Below are positions 47,166 to 58,152 of a stretch of 64,000 bases of DNA, piece by piece. Made by a program: the position numbers and the translations under genes. This DNA comes from Bacilli bacterium. GTDB taxonomy: Bacteria; Bacillota_I; Bacilli_A; RF39; UBA660. Where the stretch lies: the NCBI GenBank assembly GCA_017450205.1, contig JAFSVF010000009.1, positions 107,491 through 171,490 on the forward strand. Direction: 5' to 3'. Under the pieces are notes generated by a model. It did no database searches. It was not told where the DNA came from and saw only the letters and a program-made list of their open reading frames with translations. Positions within the stretch are counted from its first letter, which is position 1, and every line of letters begins with the position of its first letter.

Positions 47166-49326
47166 AGAGAAAAAAGTTAAAGAAAAAGTATCTAAAAAAG
47201 ATGGAAAAAAGACTTCTTTCTTAGATAAAATAAATACTAATAAAGTTAAGAATATCGTTACTAATAAGTATTTAGTTAGTAGTGGTGCTTTAACTCTAAA
47301 TATATTTATTATTGAAATGTATTTAAGATTTTTAACTGATGGATCTTTTAATGATTTTGGTGTAGTTAGAATATTTATTAGTTCTTTAATTATTGGTATG
47401 TCTATTTCTTGGATATTACATTTCTTTAAAAGAATTATTGTTAGAATTATAAACGCTATATTAATAGGTGTTATTGGTATATATGCATTTGTAGAACTAC
47501 TTTTATATAACTTAATTGGTTTTTATATGGGTATTGGTAATGCTGATCAAGGAACTAAAGTAGGTGAGTTTGTAGAATCTACTTTAAAGACTATGAATTT
47601 ATTACATGCAAGTCTTCTTATTGTTACTATTATACTTGTTTTAGTTTATATATTTAGTGATATTCATATTTCTAAAAAAGCTAATAAACCAAAGAAAAGA
47701 AAATTTGGTAAAGCATTACTTATTAATATGATTCCTTTACTTGTAATTGGACTATTATGTGCTTTTTATTATCATACAGTTAGAGATAAAAAGTATCAAA
47801 GTGAATTACAAGCTGACTCAAATTATAGTTTATGGTTATATCCAGAAAACTCTAATTTAACTGTAAATAATTATGGGGTAGTAGTTTATATATTCTTAGA
47901 TATTAAAAATCAAATAACTGGTATTACTTCTGAAGATATTTTACTTCTTGAAAATAAAGAATTAGAAGAAAAGCCACAAGAAGAAGAACCAGTTACAGAT
48001 TATACTAGAATTATAGATGATACTGCTTGGAAAACTTTAATTGATAATACAACTAACAGTACATATAATGCAGTAAATAATTATTTGATTAATAGAAGTA
48101 TTACTCCTAAAAATGAATATACTGGTTTATTTAAGGGTAAGAATTTAATAATCATCCTTATGGAATCAGTTAATGAGATTGCTATTTATAATAAAGATTA
48201 TTTCCCTACATTATATAAAATGTATAATGAAGGTATTAGTTTTAAAAATAATTATAGTCCTAGAAATAATTGTTCAACTGGTAATAATGAAATGACTGTT
48301 TTAACAAGTCTTTGGACTATTAATAATACTTGTACAGCTAATTCTTATAATAAGAATAAATATTTTCAAGCTTCATTTAATGTGTTTAATAGGGAAGGTT
48401 ATAAGACTGCAGCATTCCATGATTATACTCAAAAGTTCTACTTTAGAGGCACATCTTTACCTAATATGGGTGCAAGTGCTTATTATGGAGTTGAAAAGTT
48501 AGGTATTCCTTATTCAACATCTTATACTGAAGCAGATGACAAAGATATGTTTAAAGCTGCAAAACAATATTATATGAATGATGCACCATTTATGGTTTAT
48601 TTTGCATCCGTTACTCCTCATCAATCTTATACTGCTAGTCAAACATGTAGTGATAGATATTTTGCTAAATATAAAGAACTTGGTTATAGTGATTATTTAT
48701 CTAGATATTTATCTAAGATGCAAGTATTTGATGAAGCTATGAAAGAGTTATTAGATGAACTAGAAGAAACTGGTGAATTAGATAATACAGTTATTGCTAT
48801 GTTTGGAGATCATTTTCCATATGGATTAACTGATAATGATATTAATGACTTTTTTAATAAAAATAATGCTGGTTATACAATTAATAGAAACTCTACTACT
48901 AATAAGAATGTAGATAAGACTCCAATGTTAATATATAATTCTACGCTTGAAAGTCCTATTCAAGTAACAGATTATACTACTATTATTGATTTACTTCCTA
49001 CATTATTAAATTTATTTGATATGAATTATGATCCTAGACTTTACTTAGGAACTGATGCTTTGAGTGAGACTCATGTATCTCGTGCATACTTTAGTGATAA
49101 GTCTTGGGTGGATGAAAATGGTTTCTATTATGCTCCTAATAATAAGATGACTTATACTAGTGATAAAAAGTATGATGCAGCAACTATTGCATCTATTAAT
49201 AAAGAAATATCACAAAGACAAAATATGAGTGCTACCGCTATTCAAAATAACTATTTTAAATACTTAGGAGAAGGTTTAGAAAAGTATAAAGTAGTAGAAG
49301 AACCAAAACAAGAAGAAACTGAATAA
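47158..49326 (+). CDS. LTA synthase family / sulfatase-like membrane protein
   Basis: Five N-terminal TMs; GKNLIIILMES, STGNNE, TPH, FGDHFPY; likely start MTKEK. Confidence 0.88.
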   Translation: MTKEKKVKEKVSKKDGKKTSFLDKINTNKVKNIVTNKYLVSSGALTLNIFIIEMYLRFLTDGSFNDFGVVRIFISSLIIGMSISWILHFFKRIIVRIINAILIGVIGIYAFVELLLYNLIGFYMGIGNADQGTKVGEFVESTLKTMNLLHASLLIVTIILVLVYIFSDIHISKKANKPKKRKFGKALLINMIPLLVIGLLCAFYYHTVRDKKYQSELQADSNYSLWLYPENSNLTVNNYGVVVYIFLDIKNQITGITSEDILLLENKELEEKPQEEEPVTDYTRIIDDTAWKTLIDNTTNSTYNAVNNYLINRSITPKNEYTGLFKGKNLIIILMESVNEIAIYNKDYFPTLYKMYNEGISFKNNYSPRNNCSTGNNEMTVLTSLWTINNTCTANSYNKNKYFQASFNVFNREGYKTAAFHDYTQKFYFRGTSLPNMGASAYYGVEKLGIPYSTSYTEADDKDMFKAAKQYYMNDAPFMVYFASVTPHQSYTASQTCSDRYFAKYKELGYSDYLSRYLSKMQVFDEAMKELLDELEETGELDNTVIAMFGDHFPYGLTDNDINDFFNKNNAGYTINRNSTTNKNVDKTPMLIYNSTLESPIQVTDYTTIIDLLPTLLNLFDMNYDPRLYLGTDALSETHVSRAYFSDKSWVDENGFYYAPNNKMTYTSDKKYDAATIASINKEISQRQNMSATAIQNNYFKYLGEGLEKYKVVEEPKQEETE

Positions 49327-49331
49327 ATCAT

Positions 49332-49358
49332 TAAAGAAAGTGTCAAACACTTTCTTTA
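49332..49358 (+). terminator. Intrinsic terminator
   Basis: AAAGAAAGTGT-CAA-ACACTTTCTTT. Confidence 0.7.
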
Positions 49359-49385
49359 ATTTTGTATACATATAAAATTTATGTG

Positions 49386-49415
49386 TTGACATATAAGTTT
49401 AAACTATCATATAAT
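49386..49415 (+). promoter_or_regulatory. Sigma-A promoter of topA
   Basis: TTGACA-18 bp-TATAAT. Confidence 0.65.
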
Positions 49416-49472
49416 TCAACTTGACTTAAAAGTTAAAATCAATTTAATATATAAAATGAAAGAGGGAGTAAA

Positions 49473-51506
49473 ATGACTAAACTTGTTATTGTGGAATCTC
49501 CAGCTAAGACACATACAATAGGATCTTACTTAGGTAGTGAATATAAAGTAGTATCTTCTAAAGGACATATTAGAGATTTAGCTACTACTGGTAAATTTGG
49601 TTTAGGAGTAGATATAGATAATAACTTTAAAGCTAATTATGTTTCTATTAAAGGTAAGACTAAAGATATAAAAGCTTTAAAGAAAGATATTAAAGAATCT
49701 GATTTTGTTTATCTTGCAACCGACCCAGACCGTGAAGGAGAAGCTATTTCTTGGCACCTTTATGATGCTTTAGGTATTAAAGATAATAATTATGAAAGAA
49801 TAGTTTTTAATGAAATTACTAAACCTGCTGTTGAAGATGCTTTTAATCATGCAAGAAAAATAGATATGGATTTAGTTAAATCTCAAGAAACAAGAAGAAT
49901 ATTAGATAGAATTATTGGATTTAGATTATCTAAATTAATGAGAAGTAAAACTGATGGAACAAGTGCTGGTAGAGTACAATCTGTTGCTTTAAAACTTGTT
50001 GTTGATAGAGAAAGAGAAATAAGAAGTTTTGTTCCTGAAGAATATTGGGAAGTAGTTGCACATGTTAATGGATTAGATTTTGATTTAGATAAATATAATA
50101 ATGAAAAGTTAGAAATACATTCTAAAGAAGAAGTAGATAAGATTTTAAATGATTTAAGTGATACTTATAAAGTAAGTTCTATAGAAAAGAAAGCTAAGAA
50201 AAGAAATTCTTTAATGCCTTTTATTACTTCAACCTTACAACAAGCTTGTATTAATAAGTATGGATTTAATTCAAGTAAAATAATGAGTATTGCACAAAAG
50301 TTATATGAAGGTATTGATATTGGTAGTGGTACAGTTGGTTTAATTACTTACATGAGAACTGATTCTACTAGACTTTCACCAGTATTTATTAATGAAGCTT
50401 TTGATTATATAAGACATGAATTTGGTGAAAAGTATGTTGGTGTTGTAAAACAAGCAAAAAAGAAAGAAAATGTTCAAGATGCTCATGAAGCTATTAGACC
50501 AACATCTGTAATGCGTACTCCTGAATCAGTTAAAAGATATTTAACTGATGATGAATATAAAGTATATTCAATCATTTATGCTAGAGCATTAGCATCTTTA
50601 ATGGCTCCTGGTGAAACTTTAACTACTACTATTAATTTAGATAATAATAATTATAATTTTAAAACTAGTGGTACTATTGAAACATTTGATGGTTTTTTGA
50701 AAGTATATAGAGAATTCTTTAATAGTGAAGAAAAAGAGTTGCCTGATAATATTAAAGAAGGAGATACTTTAAAATCTAATGATTTAGAAACACTTCAAAA
50801 GTTTACTAAACCAGCTCCAAGATATACTGAAGCTACTTTAATTGAAGAAATGGAAAAATTAGGTATTGGTAGACCATCTACATATGCTCAAACTATGAAA
50901 ACTATAAAACAAAGAGATTATGTAGAAATTAAAGATAAAAGATTTATTCCGACTGATACTGGTTTTGAAGTTACTGATAAACTTCAAGAATTCTTTTCAG
51001 ATATTATAAATGTCACTTATACTGCTGAGATGGAAGATGAACTTGATAAGATTGCTGATGAAAAGTTAGATAATGTAAAAGTATTAAGAGACTTTTACAA
51101 TAAGTTTGCACCACTTCTTGATAAAGCATTTAAAGAAATGGAAAAAACTCAACCACAAGAAACTGGAGAAACTTGTCCTGAATGTGGTTCACCTTTAGTA
51201 ATTAGAAAAAGTAAATATGGTCAATTTGTTGCTTGTTCTAATTATCCTGAATGTAAGTATATTAAACAAGAAGAAAAAGACGAAAAACCAATTGTAGAGG
51301 TTTGTAAATGTCCAACTTGTAGTGATGGTATGATTATTGAAAGAACTACAAGAAAAGGCAAAATTTTCTATGGATGTTCTAGATTCCCTAAATGTAAAAC
51401 TGCTTATTGGGATAAACCAACTGGTGAAAAGTGTCCTGAATGTGGATCAATGCTAGTTGAAGGTAAAGAAGGAATTAAATGTTCTTCTTGTGATTATTCA
51501 GAATAG
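49473..51506 (+). CDS. topA: DNA topoisomerase I
   Basis: LVIVESPAK, ATDPDREGE, SAGRVQS, ITYMRTD, C-terminal zinc ribbons. Confidence 0.98.
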   Translation: MTKLVIVESPAKTHTIGSYLGSEYKVVSSKGHIRDLATTGKFGLGVDIDNNFKANYVSIKGKTKDIKALKKDIKESDFVYLATDPDREGEAISWHLYDALGIKDNNYERIVFNEITKPAVEDAFNHARKIDMDLVKSQETRRILDRIIGFRLSKLMRSKTDGTSAGRVQSVALKLVVDREREIRSFVPEEYWEVVAHVNGLDFDLDKYNNEKLEIHSKEEVDKILNDLSDTYKVSSIEKKAKKRNSLMPFITSTLQQACINKYGFNSSKIMSIAQKLYEGIDIGSGTVGLITYMRTDSTRLSPVFINEAFDYIRHEFGEKYVGVVKQAKKKENVQDAHEAIRPTSVMRTPESVKRYLTDDEYKVYSIIYARALASLMAPGETLTTTINLDNNNYNFKTSGTIETFDGFLKVYREFFNSEEKELPDNIKEGDTLKSNDLETLQKFTKPAPRYTEATLIEEMEKLGIGRPSTYAQTMKTIKQRDYVEIKDKRFIPTDTGFEVTDKLQEFFSDIINVTYTAEMEDELDKIADEKLDNVKVLRDFYNKFAPLLDKAFKEMEKTQPQETGETCPECGSPLVIRKSKYGQFVACSNYPECKYIKQEEKDEKPIVEVCKCPTCSDGMIIERTTRKGKIFYGCSRFPKCKTAYWDKPTGEKCPECGSMLVEGKEGIKCSSCDYSE

Positions 51507-51554
51507 TATATTTATACTATTCTTTTTTTGTGCTATTATTTTAATGGTGATAAT

Positions 51555-52076
51555 ATGGCAGAAGAAAGTAAACTTATAATAAGATTCCCAAGTGAAACAG
51601 ATAAGAATGCTTGGTTAGATTTTGTTAAAGATGCTAGAAAGTTTTATAGTGATGCAACACCACTTAGTTTTAAAGATGAAGCTCATTATAGAGAGTGGCT
51701 TAATAGACTTATTAATTTAAATATTGGTACTACTTTGAAACCTGGTGAAATACCACAATCAACATTCTTTATGTTTGATGGTGCAAGAATTGTTGGTTAT
51801 TTAACTATTAAAAGACAAATAATTAATCATAATCCAATCGGACAAATATATATTAATATTAGACCTTCTGATAGAAAGAAAAAATATGGTACTAAATTAA
51901 TGATTGCTGCGTTAAATAAATGTAGAGAAATACAATTAAAACAAGCATTAATTTCATGTCCTGAAGAGTCTTTAGGTGGTATTAAAATAATTGAAGCTAA
52001 TAAAGGTAGACTTATAGAAACTAAATTCTTAAAAGGTACAGAAATAAAGATGAGAATATACTTAATCGATTTATAA
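51555..52076 (+). CDS. GNAT family acetyltransferase
   Basis: IVGYL.I, IRPSDRKKKYGTKL; start MAEE after GGTGA. Confidence 0.8.
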   Translation: MAEESKLIIRFPSETDKNAWLDFVKDARKFYSDATPLSFKDEAHYREWLNRLINLNIGTTLKPGEIPQSTFFMFDGARIVGYLTIKRQIINHNPIGQIYINIRPSDRKKKYGTKLMIAALNKCREIQLKQALISCPEESLGGIKIIEANKGRLIETKFLKGTEIKMRIYLIDL

Positions 52077-52141
52077 GATTAAGTCTTTTTATTTGTATTA
52101 TTAACTGTTTTAGATTATAATTTTGTTGTAAGGTGATTATT

Positions 52142-53227
52142 ATGCATTCAGTATATATTCATATTCCATTTTGTACACATATATGTTCTTATTGTGATTT
52201 TACTAAGTTATTACATCTAGAACCATTTGTAGATGATTACTTAGAAAACTTACAAAAAGAAATACTTGATAATTATGATGGAGAAAGATTAAAAACATTA
52301 TATATTGGAGGAGGAACTCCTTCATGTTTAACTAGAAAAGAAAGAATTAAATTATTTCAAATATTAGAAATTTTTATTAAAGATCCAGATTGTGAGTATA
52401 CAATTGAATGTAATCCAAGAGATATTACTGAAGACTTCTTAGATGATGTAGTAGCTGCTGGTGTAAATAGAATTAGTATTGGAGTAGAATCTTTTAATGA
52501 AGATAATTTAAAAATACTTGAAAGAAAAGCTGATTTTAAAGATTTAGAAAAAAGAATTGAATTAATTAAGAATCGTGGAATTGATAATATAAATATAGAT
52601 TTAATGTATGCATTACCTAATGAAACTATTAAAGTATTAAGAGATGATTTAAAGAAATTTATTAAATTAAATGTATCACATATTAGTACTTATTCTTTAA
52701 TGATTGAAGATCATACTAAATTAGGAAATACTAATACTGAATATGTTCCAAGTGAATTAGATGCTAAGATGTATGAAACTATTTGTACTAAACTTAAAAA
52801 AAGCGGTTTTGTTCATTATGAAGTATCTAATTTTGCACTTCCAGGTTTTGAATCAAGACATAATTTAAATTATTGGGATAATGGTGAATATTATGGATTT
52901 GGTTTAGGGGCTTCAGGTTTTAAAGCAGGATTTAGATATACAAATACTTCTAATTTAAGAGAATACAATGAAGGTAATTATCGTAAAGAAAATGAAATGA
53001 TGTCTTATAAAGATATGATGGATAATGAACTTATGTTAGGTTTAAGAAAACTAAAAGGTATCAATGTTGATGACTTTTATGACAAGTATGGAGAAAATAT
53101 TCAAGATGTTTATCCTAGAATAAATGATTACCTAAAATCAGGGGAATTAATATATAGAAAAGGATATCTATCTATTCCTGAAGAAAAGATTTATGTAATG
53201 AATGAGATACTTGTAAATATTATGTAG
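52142..53227 (+). CDS. hemW: Radical SAM heme chaperone HemW (HemN-like)
   Basis: YIHIPFCTHICSYCDF, YIGGGTPS, HYEVSNF, HNLNYW. Confidence 0.92.
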   Translation: MHSVYIHIPFCTHICSYCDFTKLLHLEPFVDDYLENLQKEILDNYDGERLKTLYIGGGTPSCLTRKERIKLFQILEIFIKDPDCEYTIECNPRDITEDFLDDVVAAGVNRISIGVESFNEDNLKILERKADFKDLEKRIELIKNRGIDNINIDLMYALPNETIKVLRDDLKKFIKLNVSHISTYSLMIEDHTKLGNTNTEYVPSELDAKMYETICTKLKKSGFVHYEVSNFALPGFESRHNLNYWDNGEYYGFGLGASGFKAGFRYTNTSNLREYNEGNYRKENEMMSYKDMMDNELMLGLRKLKGINVDDFYDKYGENIQDVYPRINDYLKSGELIYRKGYLSIPEEKIYVMNEILVNIM

Positions 53228-53285
53228 ATTATTGATTGATATATTTATGAGTGTTATAATTCAAAATATAAAGGGTGATTAAATA

Positions 53286-54995
53286 ATGAGAAAAAAGATT
53301 AATATATTATTTATTTTATTAGCGCTATTTATACCAGTTGTTGCTAATGCAGGGACAATAGAAACAGGATCTGCTAAAACACAAGAAGGAAGTACAACTT
53401 GGCCAGTAATCTATAAAGGGGATAAGATTATAGCTAATGATTATTTTCTATTAGAAGCATATGGAAATGATAATGGGATGGTTACTTGTTCTATTTCTTA
53501 CGTATCTCCATTTGGAAAAAATGGAGCAGCTGTAAGTGATACTGAAGTTTCTAGTAGCGGTCTTGAGGTTGCTACTTTAACTTGTATTACAAACAGTTCA
53601 GAAAATCAAAATGGAAATGTTGGAGTTAAAGGAACTTTAAATAGAAGCACTGGTGTTAAAGAAGATTTAAACATGAGTGCAAAGAAATATACTGTAAATG
53701 CTGCTAGAAAGAAATCTAGTGATTCTAAATTAAAATCACTTTCTACTAGCCAAGGAACTATTTCTCCTGAATTTAGTGATAAAACATTTGATTATACAGT
53801 TTATAATATTAAAGATACTATAAACTCAATAAGAATTAATTTTACTTGTGATCATTGTGATACTAGTATTAAATTAGAAGACGCCAATGTATCTGCTAAT
53901 AAGAATTCTTCAGGATATGAACTAAAAAATATTCCAAAAGGAAATTGTGAAGTTAGTTTAACAGTTGTATCTGAAGATGGAAAAAATAATGATACTTATA
54001 AAATTACTATTATTAAGGGTGAAACTGAATATGATTCAGCTAAAGTAACTAATATTACAATTGGTGATAGTAAAATTAATCCAGATTTTAAAGAAGATGT
54101 TTATGAAGGATATACAATAACAGTTCCTTATGATGTAAAGGATATATCTAAAGTAGCTACTATTGTACTTAAAGATCCTGAAGCTAAATATGAATTTAAG
54201 AATGGTGATAACTTACAAGTTGGTTCTAATGAAGTAGAATTAGTTGTTACTAGTGTACTTGAAGATAATACTCAAACTTATAAGATTACTGTTATTAGAT
54301 TAAATAGTGAAAATATTAAATTAATAAGTTATAAAAATGGTGAAATTAAATTTAATGATGCTGATAAGAATGAACAAACTTTAAGTGAAGAAGAATTTGA
54401 AAAACAATATCCAACTGTATGGAAAGATATTAAAGATGGTAAATACAAATTTGATGAAAATGGTAATTTAATTGAAGATAAGACTGAAAAAAAATCTAAT
54501 AAAAAGACTTTAATTATTATTTTAGTACTTGTTATTGGAATTCTAGTTATTGGTGTTTCTGGATACTTTATCTTTAGAAAGAAAGATCCTGAAAAAGAAA
54601 AAGAAAAGATTAAAAAGAAAGCTATGAAAAAAGCTCGTAAGGATGAATTAAAGAAATTAGAAGAAGAATATTATAAAGAATACTATGGTGAAGACTACGA
54701 AGATGAAGAAGCTGAAGATGAGTCTAATTTAGAAGAGTCTGAAGAAACTGATGAGGTAGAAGAAGCTAAAGAGGATAAAACTAGCAGATCTAAAAAGAAA
54801 AAAGAAGAGTCTTTACTAGAAGATGATTATATCTTTGAACAATCACTTATCGAAGAAGAAAATGAAAGTGATGAAGATAGTGATTCAAAAAAGAAAAAGA
54901 AAGAAGAAGTAGTAGATGTTGATACTGCTTTGGAAGATTTGATGAACACTAAAACATATGATTTTAGTGATGAATTCGAAGATATTGATAAATAA
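53286..54995 (+). CDS. Surface protein with cadherin-like beta sandwiches, TM and acidic cytoplasmic tail
   Basis: Signal VANA; SSDSKLKSL...PEFS...YT and VVSEDG...TYKITI; TM; E/D/K-rich tail. Confidence 0.75.
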   Translation: MRKKINILFILLALFIPVVANAGTIETGSAKTQEGSTTWPVIYKGDKIIANDYFLLEAYGNDNGMVTCSISYVSPFGKNGAAVSDTEVSSSGLEVATLTCITNSSENQNGNVGVKGTLNRSTGVKEDLNMSAKKYTVNAARKKSSDSKLKSLSTSQGTISPEFSDKTFDYTVYNIKDTINSIRINFTCDHCDTSIKLEDANVSANKNSSGYELKNIPKGNCEVSLTVVSEDGKNNDTYKITIIKGETEYDSAKVTNITIGDSKINPDFKEDVYEGYTITVPYDVKDISKVATIVLKDPEAKYEFKNGDNLQVGSNEVELVVTSVLEDNTQTYKITVIRLNSENIKLISYKNGEIKFNDADKNEQTLSEEEFEKQYPTVWKDIKDGKYKFDENGNLIEDKTEKKSNKKTLIIILVLVIGILVIGVSGYFIFRKKDPEKEKEKIKKKAMKKARKDELKKLEEEYYKEYYGEDYEDEEAEDESNLEESEETDEVEEAKEDKTSRSKKKKEESLLEDDYIFEQSLIEEENESDEDSDSKKKKKEEVVDVDTALEDLMNTKTYDFSDEFEDIDK

Positions 54996-55075
54996 TTCGT
55001 ATGCGAAAAAAACCTCTTGCAAAAGGGGTTTTTATGTAATATAATACTATTGGTTATTGGAAGGAGGGAAGTATA

Positions 55076-55270
55076 ATGGCAAGCACAAGAGTTGAAGTTA
55101 AAAACGGAGACGTTAACGGAGCAATTAGAAGATGGAAAATGAAATTTGCTAAGAGCGGAGTTCCTTCTGAATTAAAGAAACATAAAGAATATTCAAAACC
55201 AGGCGTTGTAAGACGTGAGGAAAAGAAAGAAAATATTAAAAATTCTCGTAAGAGAAATAGAAGAGGATAG
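55076..55270 (+). CDS. rpsU: 30S ribosomal protein S21
   Basis: AIRRWK...KSG..SELKKH.EY.KPG..RR; strong RBS; upstream of the yqeY region. Confidence 0.9.
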   Translation: MASTRVEVKNGDVNGAIRRWKMKFAKSGVPSELKKHKEYSKPGVVRREEKKENIKNSRKRNRRG

Positions 55271-55321
55271 TAATATCCTTTTTTTTATTGTAAAATTATC
55301 CTTAGAAAGGATAGATGATTA

Positions 55322-56482
55322 ATGAAAAGAATTTATATGTTATTATTAGTTTTAGTAGCTTTATTTGCTTTTAACTTTAATGTTTTAGCCGAGGGTGAAA
55401 CGAATTGTTTAGGAGAAGCTGGTACTAACTGTGGTTCTGCAGAAGATATTGCACCATTGATTTCTCCTAATGAAGAAAATATTACTGATCAAGCATTTTA
55501 TGTAGATGATGATTTAAATGTTACTAAAGATATTGATGCATCAGCGTTTATGATTGGTAATACTATTAAATCTACTGGCACTATATATGGCTCACATTTT
55601 GTTGCTGGTAATGAACTTAATATTAGTGGAGTTACTGATTATAGCTTCTATGCTGGACAATCTTTAAAGATTCATGATTTTCATAGTAATGATGCTTTTA
55701 TCGCTGGTAAAGATCTTGAATTTAATAATGTTTTAGGAAGAACTTATTATATAGCTGGGCAAAATATTACTATTAGTGATTCAACTATTGATAAGTTATA
55801 TTTAGCTGCTGAAAAAGTAGTTTTAAATGGTGAATTTGAAAATGTTACTGTTGCTGCTGAAAAAGTTATAGTTAATGGTTCTATTACTGGTGTTTTAGAG
55901 ATTAATGAATCAGCTAAACTTGAAACAATGGGTGACACAACTATTGAAACTATTAATAAGTATAAAGATTCTGAAAAAGATAGTAAGTTCTCTAAAGGTA
56001 ATTCTTTTACTGCTTTGTTATTTGTTATAGTTGTAGCATTTATTAAAGGATATGTTAATCTTGCTTTAATTGGAGTTATTATAATTGCATGCTTCAAAGG
56101 AATAGTTAAAAAACTTAATAAAGAAGATATTGATGCATCATTTGTATTTAGTCGTATTGGAATTGGATTATGTACTTTAATAGTTGTTCCAGTTGTATCT
56201 ATTATTGCACTATTTACAGGATTTGCATCACTTATTGGTATAATTTTGTTACTAGCTTATATTATTGGTATTATAATTTCTACTCCAATTGTAACTATTT
56301 ACTTAAGTGATAAGTTATTAAAATCTATTAAGAATGATTACTTAAGATACTTAGTTGGATTACTTATCTTACAATTAATTAAGAGAGTGCCTGTAATTGG
56401 TGGACTTGTTACATTCTTATCATTATTGCTAGGTTTAGGTTTAATTATTCAATTATTGAAACAAGAAAAGAAGGAAAAATAA
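55322..56482 (+). CDS. Membrane protein with beta-helical (polymer-forming/bactofilin-like) repeats
   Basis: Signal peptide; repeated F.AG..L.I motifs; C-terminal TMs with VPVIGG. Confidence 0.65.
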   Translation: MKRIYMLLLVLVALFAFNFNVLAEGETNCLGEAGTNCGSAEDIAPLISPNEENITDQAFYVDDDLNVTKDIDASAFMIGNTIKSTGTIYGSHFVAGNELNISGVTDYSFYAGQSLKIHDFHSNDAFIAGKDLEFNNVLGRTYYIAGQNITISDSTIDKLYLAAEKVVLNGEFENVTVAAEKVIVNGSITGVLEINESAKLETMGDTTIETINKYKDSEKDSKFSKGNSFTALLFVIVVAFIKGYVNLALIGVIIIACFKGIVKKLNKEDIDASFVFSRIGIGLCTLIVVPVVSIIALFTGFASLIGIILLLAYIIGIIISTPIVTIYLSDKLLKSIKNDYLRYLVGLLILQLIKRVPVIGGLVTFLSLLLGLGLIIQLLKQEKKEK

Positions 56483-56536
56483 TTTCCTTTTTTCTTTTGC
56501 AAGAGTATAATATTACTCAAGAAAGAAGGCATAATT

Positions 56537-56983
56537 ATGTACGAACAAATTAAAAAAGATTTAATTGAAGCAATGAAGTCTGGAGATAAATTTAAATTAA
56601 GCGTAATAAAAATGCTTAAAAGTGCTTTAATGAACGAAGAAATTAATCTTGGAGGTAATGGTTCAGGATTAACTGATGATGAGGTACTTGCAGTTATAAA
56701 AAGAGAAGTTAAAAAAAGAAATGGATCTATCGAAGAATATACTAAGTATGGAAAGATGGATGCAGTTGAAGATTTAAAGAAGGAAGTAGAAATATTATCA
56801 GTATATCTTCCTGAAGAGATGAGCGAAGAAGAATTAAATAAACATATCGATGAAATAATTAAAGAAATTGGTGCTGAATCAATTAAAGATATGGGTAGAG
56901 TAATGAAAGAATTAACTGCTAAATATGCTTCACAAATTGATATGGGAAAAGCATCTGTAATTGTTAAATCTAAATTAAACTAA
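56537..56983 (+). CDS. yqeY: GatB/YqeY domain protein
   Basis: DLIEAMKS.DK, REVKKR..SIEEY, YLPEEMSEEE, KDMGRVM. Confidence 0.92.
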   Translation: MYEQIKKDLIEAMKSGDKFKLSVIKMLKSALMNEEINLGGNGSGLTDDEVLAVIKREVKKRNGSIEEYTKYGKMDAVEDLKKEVEILSVYLPEEMSEEELNKHIDEIIKEIGAESIKDMGRVMKELTAKYASQIDMGKASVIVKSKLN

Positions 56984-57054
56984 GAAGTGGATTTATTCAC
57001 TTCTTTTATTTTAAAAAGATAAAAATAATAGTATAATCTTTATAGGTGATGTAA

Positions 57055-57675
57055 ATGTTTCCACCAAAAGCATTAGAAATAGTTTATGGTGTAATACCTA
57101 TGGTTATTTTGTTTTCTATTATAGCTATTCTTTTAAGAGTTGTAATAGCTTCTTATAATCATGAAAAAATAAATGTATTTAATGATTTTAAAATACTTAT
57201 GTATATAATATATTTATTTGTATTATTCCAACTTGTAACTACTACAGATTATTCTTCTTATTCTAATAATTTTGTACCTTTTAAAGAAATTTTAAGATAT
57301 AATTTTAAAAGTGCTTTATTTATAAGAAATGTAGTAGGTAATATACTTTTATTTATACCATTTGGTTATTTGATATCAGATGTTATTTATATGACTACTA
57401 AACATAAGAATGTATTTGTTTCTTTACTTTTTACACTTCTTACAAGTGCAGGTATCGAAACAATTCAAATGTATATTGGAAGAAGTTTTGATATAGATGA
57501 TATTATATTAAACTTTATTGGTGGTTTATTTGGATATATTGCATTCTTAATTGTAAGAGCAGTTTTAAAAGAAGATTCTATATTAACAAAAATGATAAAG
57601 GTACTTATATTTATAGTATTTATTGGACTTATAAGTCTTTGGATATATAAAATAATCCTAAAGGGGGAATTATAA
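57055..57675 (+). CDS. VanZ family protein
   Basis: NFVPF, GNILLFIPFG, IETIQ, GRSFDIDDIILN. Confidence 0.9.
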   Translation: MFPPKALEIVYGVIPMVILFSIIAILLRVVIASYNHEKINVFNDFKILMYIIYLFVLFQLVTTTDYSSYSNNFVPFKEILRYNFKSALFIRNVVGNILLFIPFGYLISDVIYMTTKHKNVFVSLLFTLLTSAGIETIQMYIGRSFDIDDIILNFIGGLFGYIAFLIVRAVLKEDSILTKMIKVLIFIVFIGLISLWIYKIILKGEL

Positions 57676-58115
57676 TGAATTATGAAATTTATGATGAATA
57701 TGGTGTAGATTTTGATTATTCTTATTTAGATGATGTTATTAAAGCTACACTTAAACATGAGAAGGCAGATGGTGCTTATCTTTCAGTTATATTTATTGAT
57801 GATGAGAAAATGCATGAAATGAATAGAGATACTAGAGGAATTGATAGAACTACTGATGTATTATCTTTTGCTTTAGAAGATAACGATAATATAAAAGGAG
57901 ATATTAGAATACTTGGAGATATATTTGTAAGTATTCCTAAAATGAAAGCACAAGCTAAGGAATATGGACATTCTGAAAAAAGGGAATTATCTTTTCTAGT
58001 TTGTCATGGTCTTCTTCATTTACTTGGATATGATCATACAAGATCAGTTGAAGAAGAAAAAATCCAATTTGGATTACAAGATGAAATATTGAATGATTTA
58101 AATATCATTTCGTGA
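57675..58115 (+). CDS. ybeY: rRNA maturation endoribonuclease YbeY
   Basis: TDVLSF, LGDIFVS, HGLLHLLGYDH. Confidence 0.97.
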   Translation: MNYEIYDEYGVDFDYSYLDDVIKATLKHEKADGAYLSVIFIDDEKMHEMNRDTRGIDRTTDVLSFALEDNDNIKGDIRILGDIFVSIPKMKAQAKEYGHSEKRELSFLVCHGLLHLLGYDHTRSVEEEKIQFGLQDEILNDLNIIS

Positions 58116-58152
58116 TATAATTAAATACGAAAAATAATAAGGGAGTGTTATT

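Noticed and set aside
49386-49450. 18 bp spacer and a possible second promoter at topA as a supercoiling sensor
   Set aside because: Plausible but expected for topA and untestable from sequence alone.
54590-54995. GAA/AAA-rich low-complexity DNA (also 59950-60170 and the Ser-rich tract at 23200-23330)
   Set aside because: Explained by Glu/Lys- or Ser-rich protein segments; no discrete DNA repeat unit.
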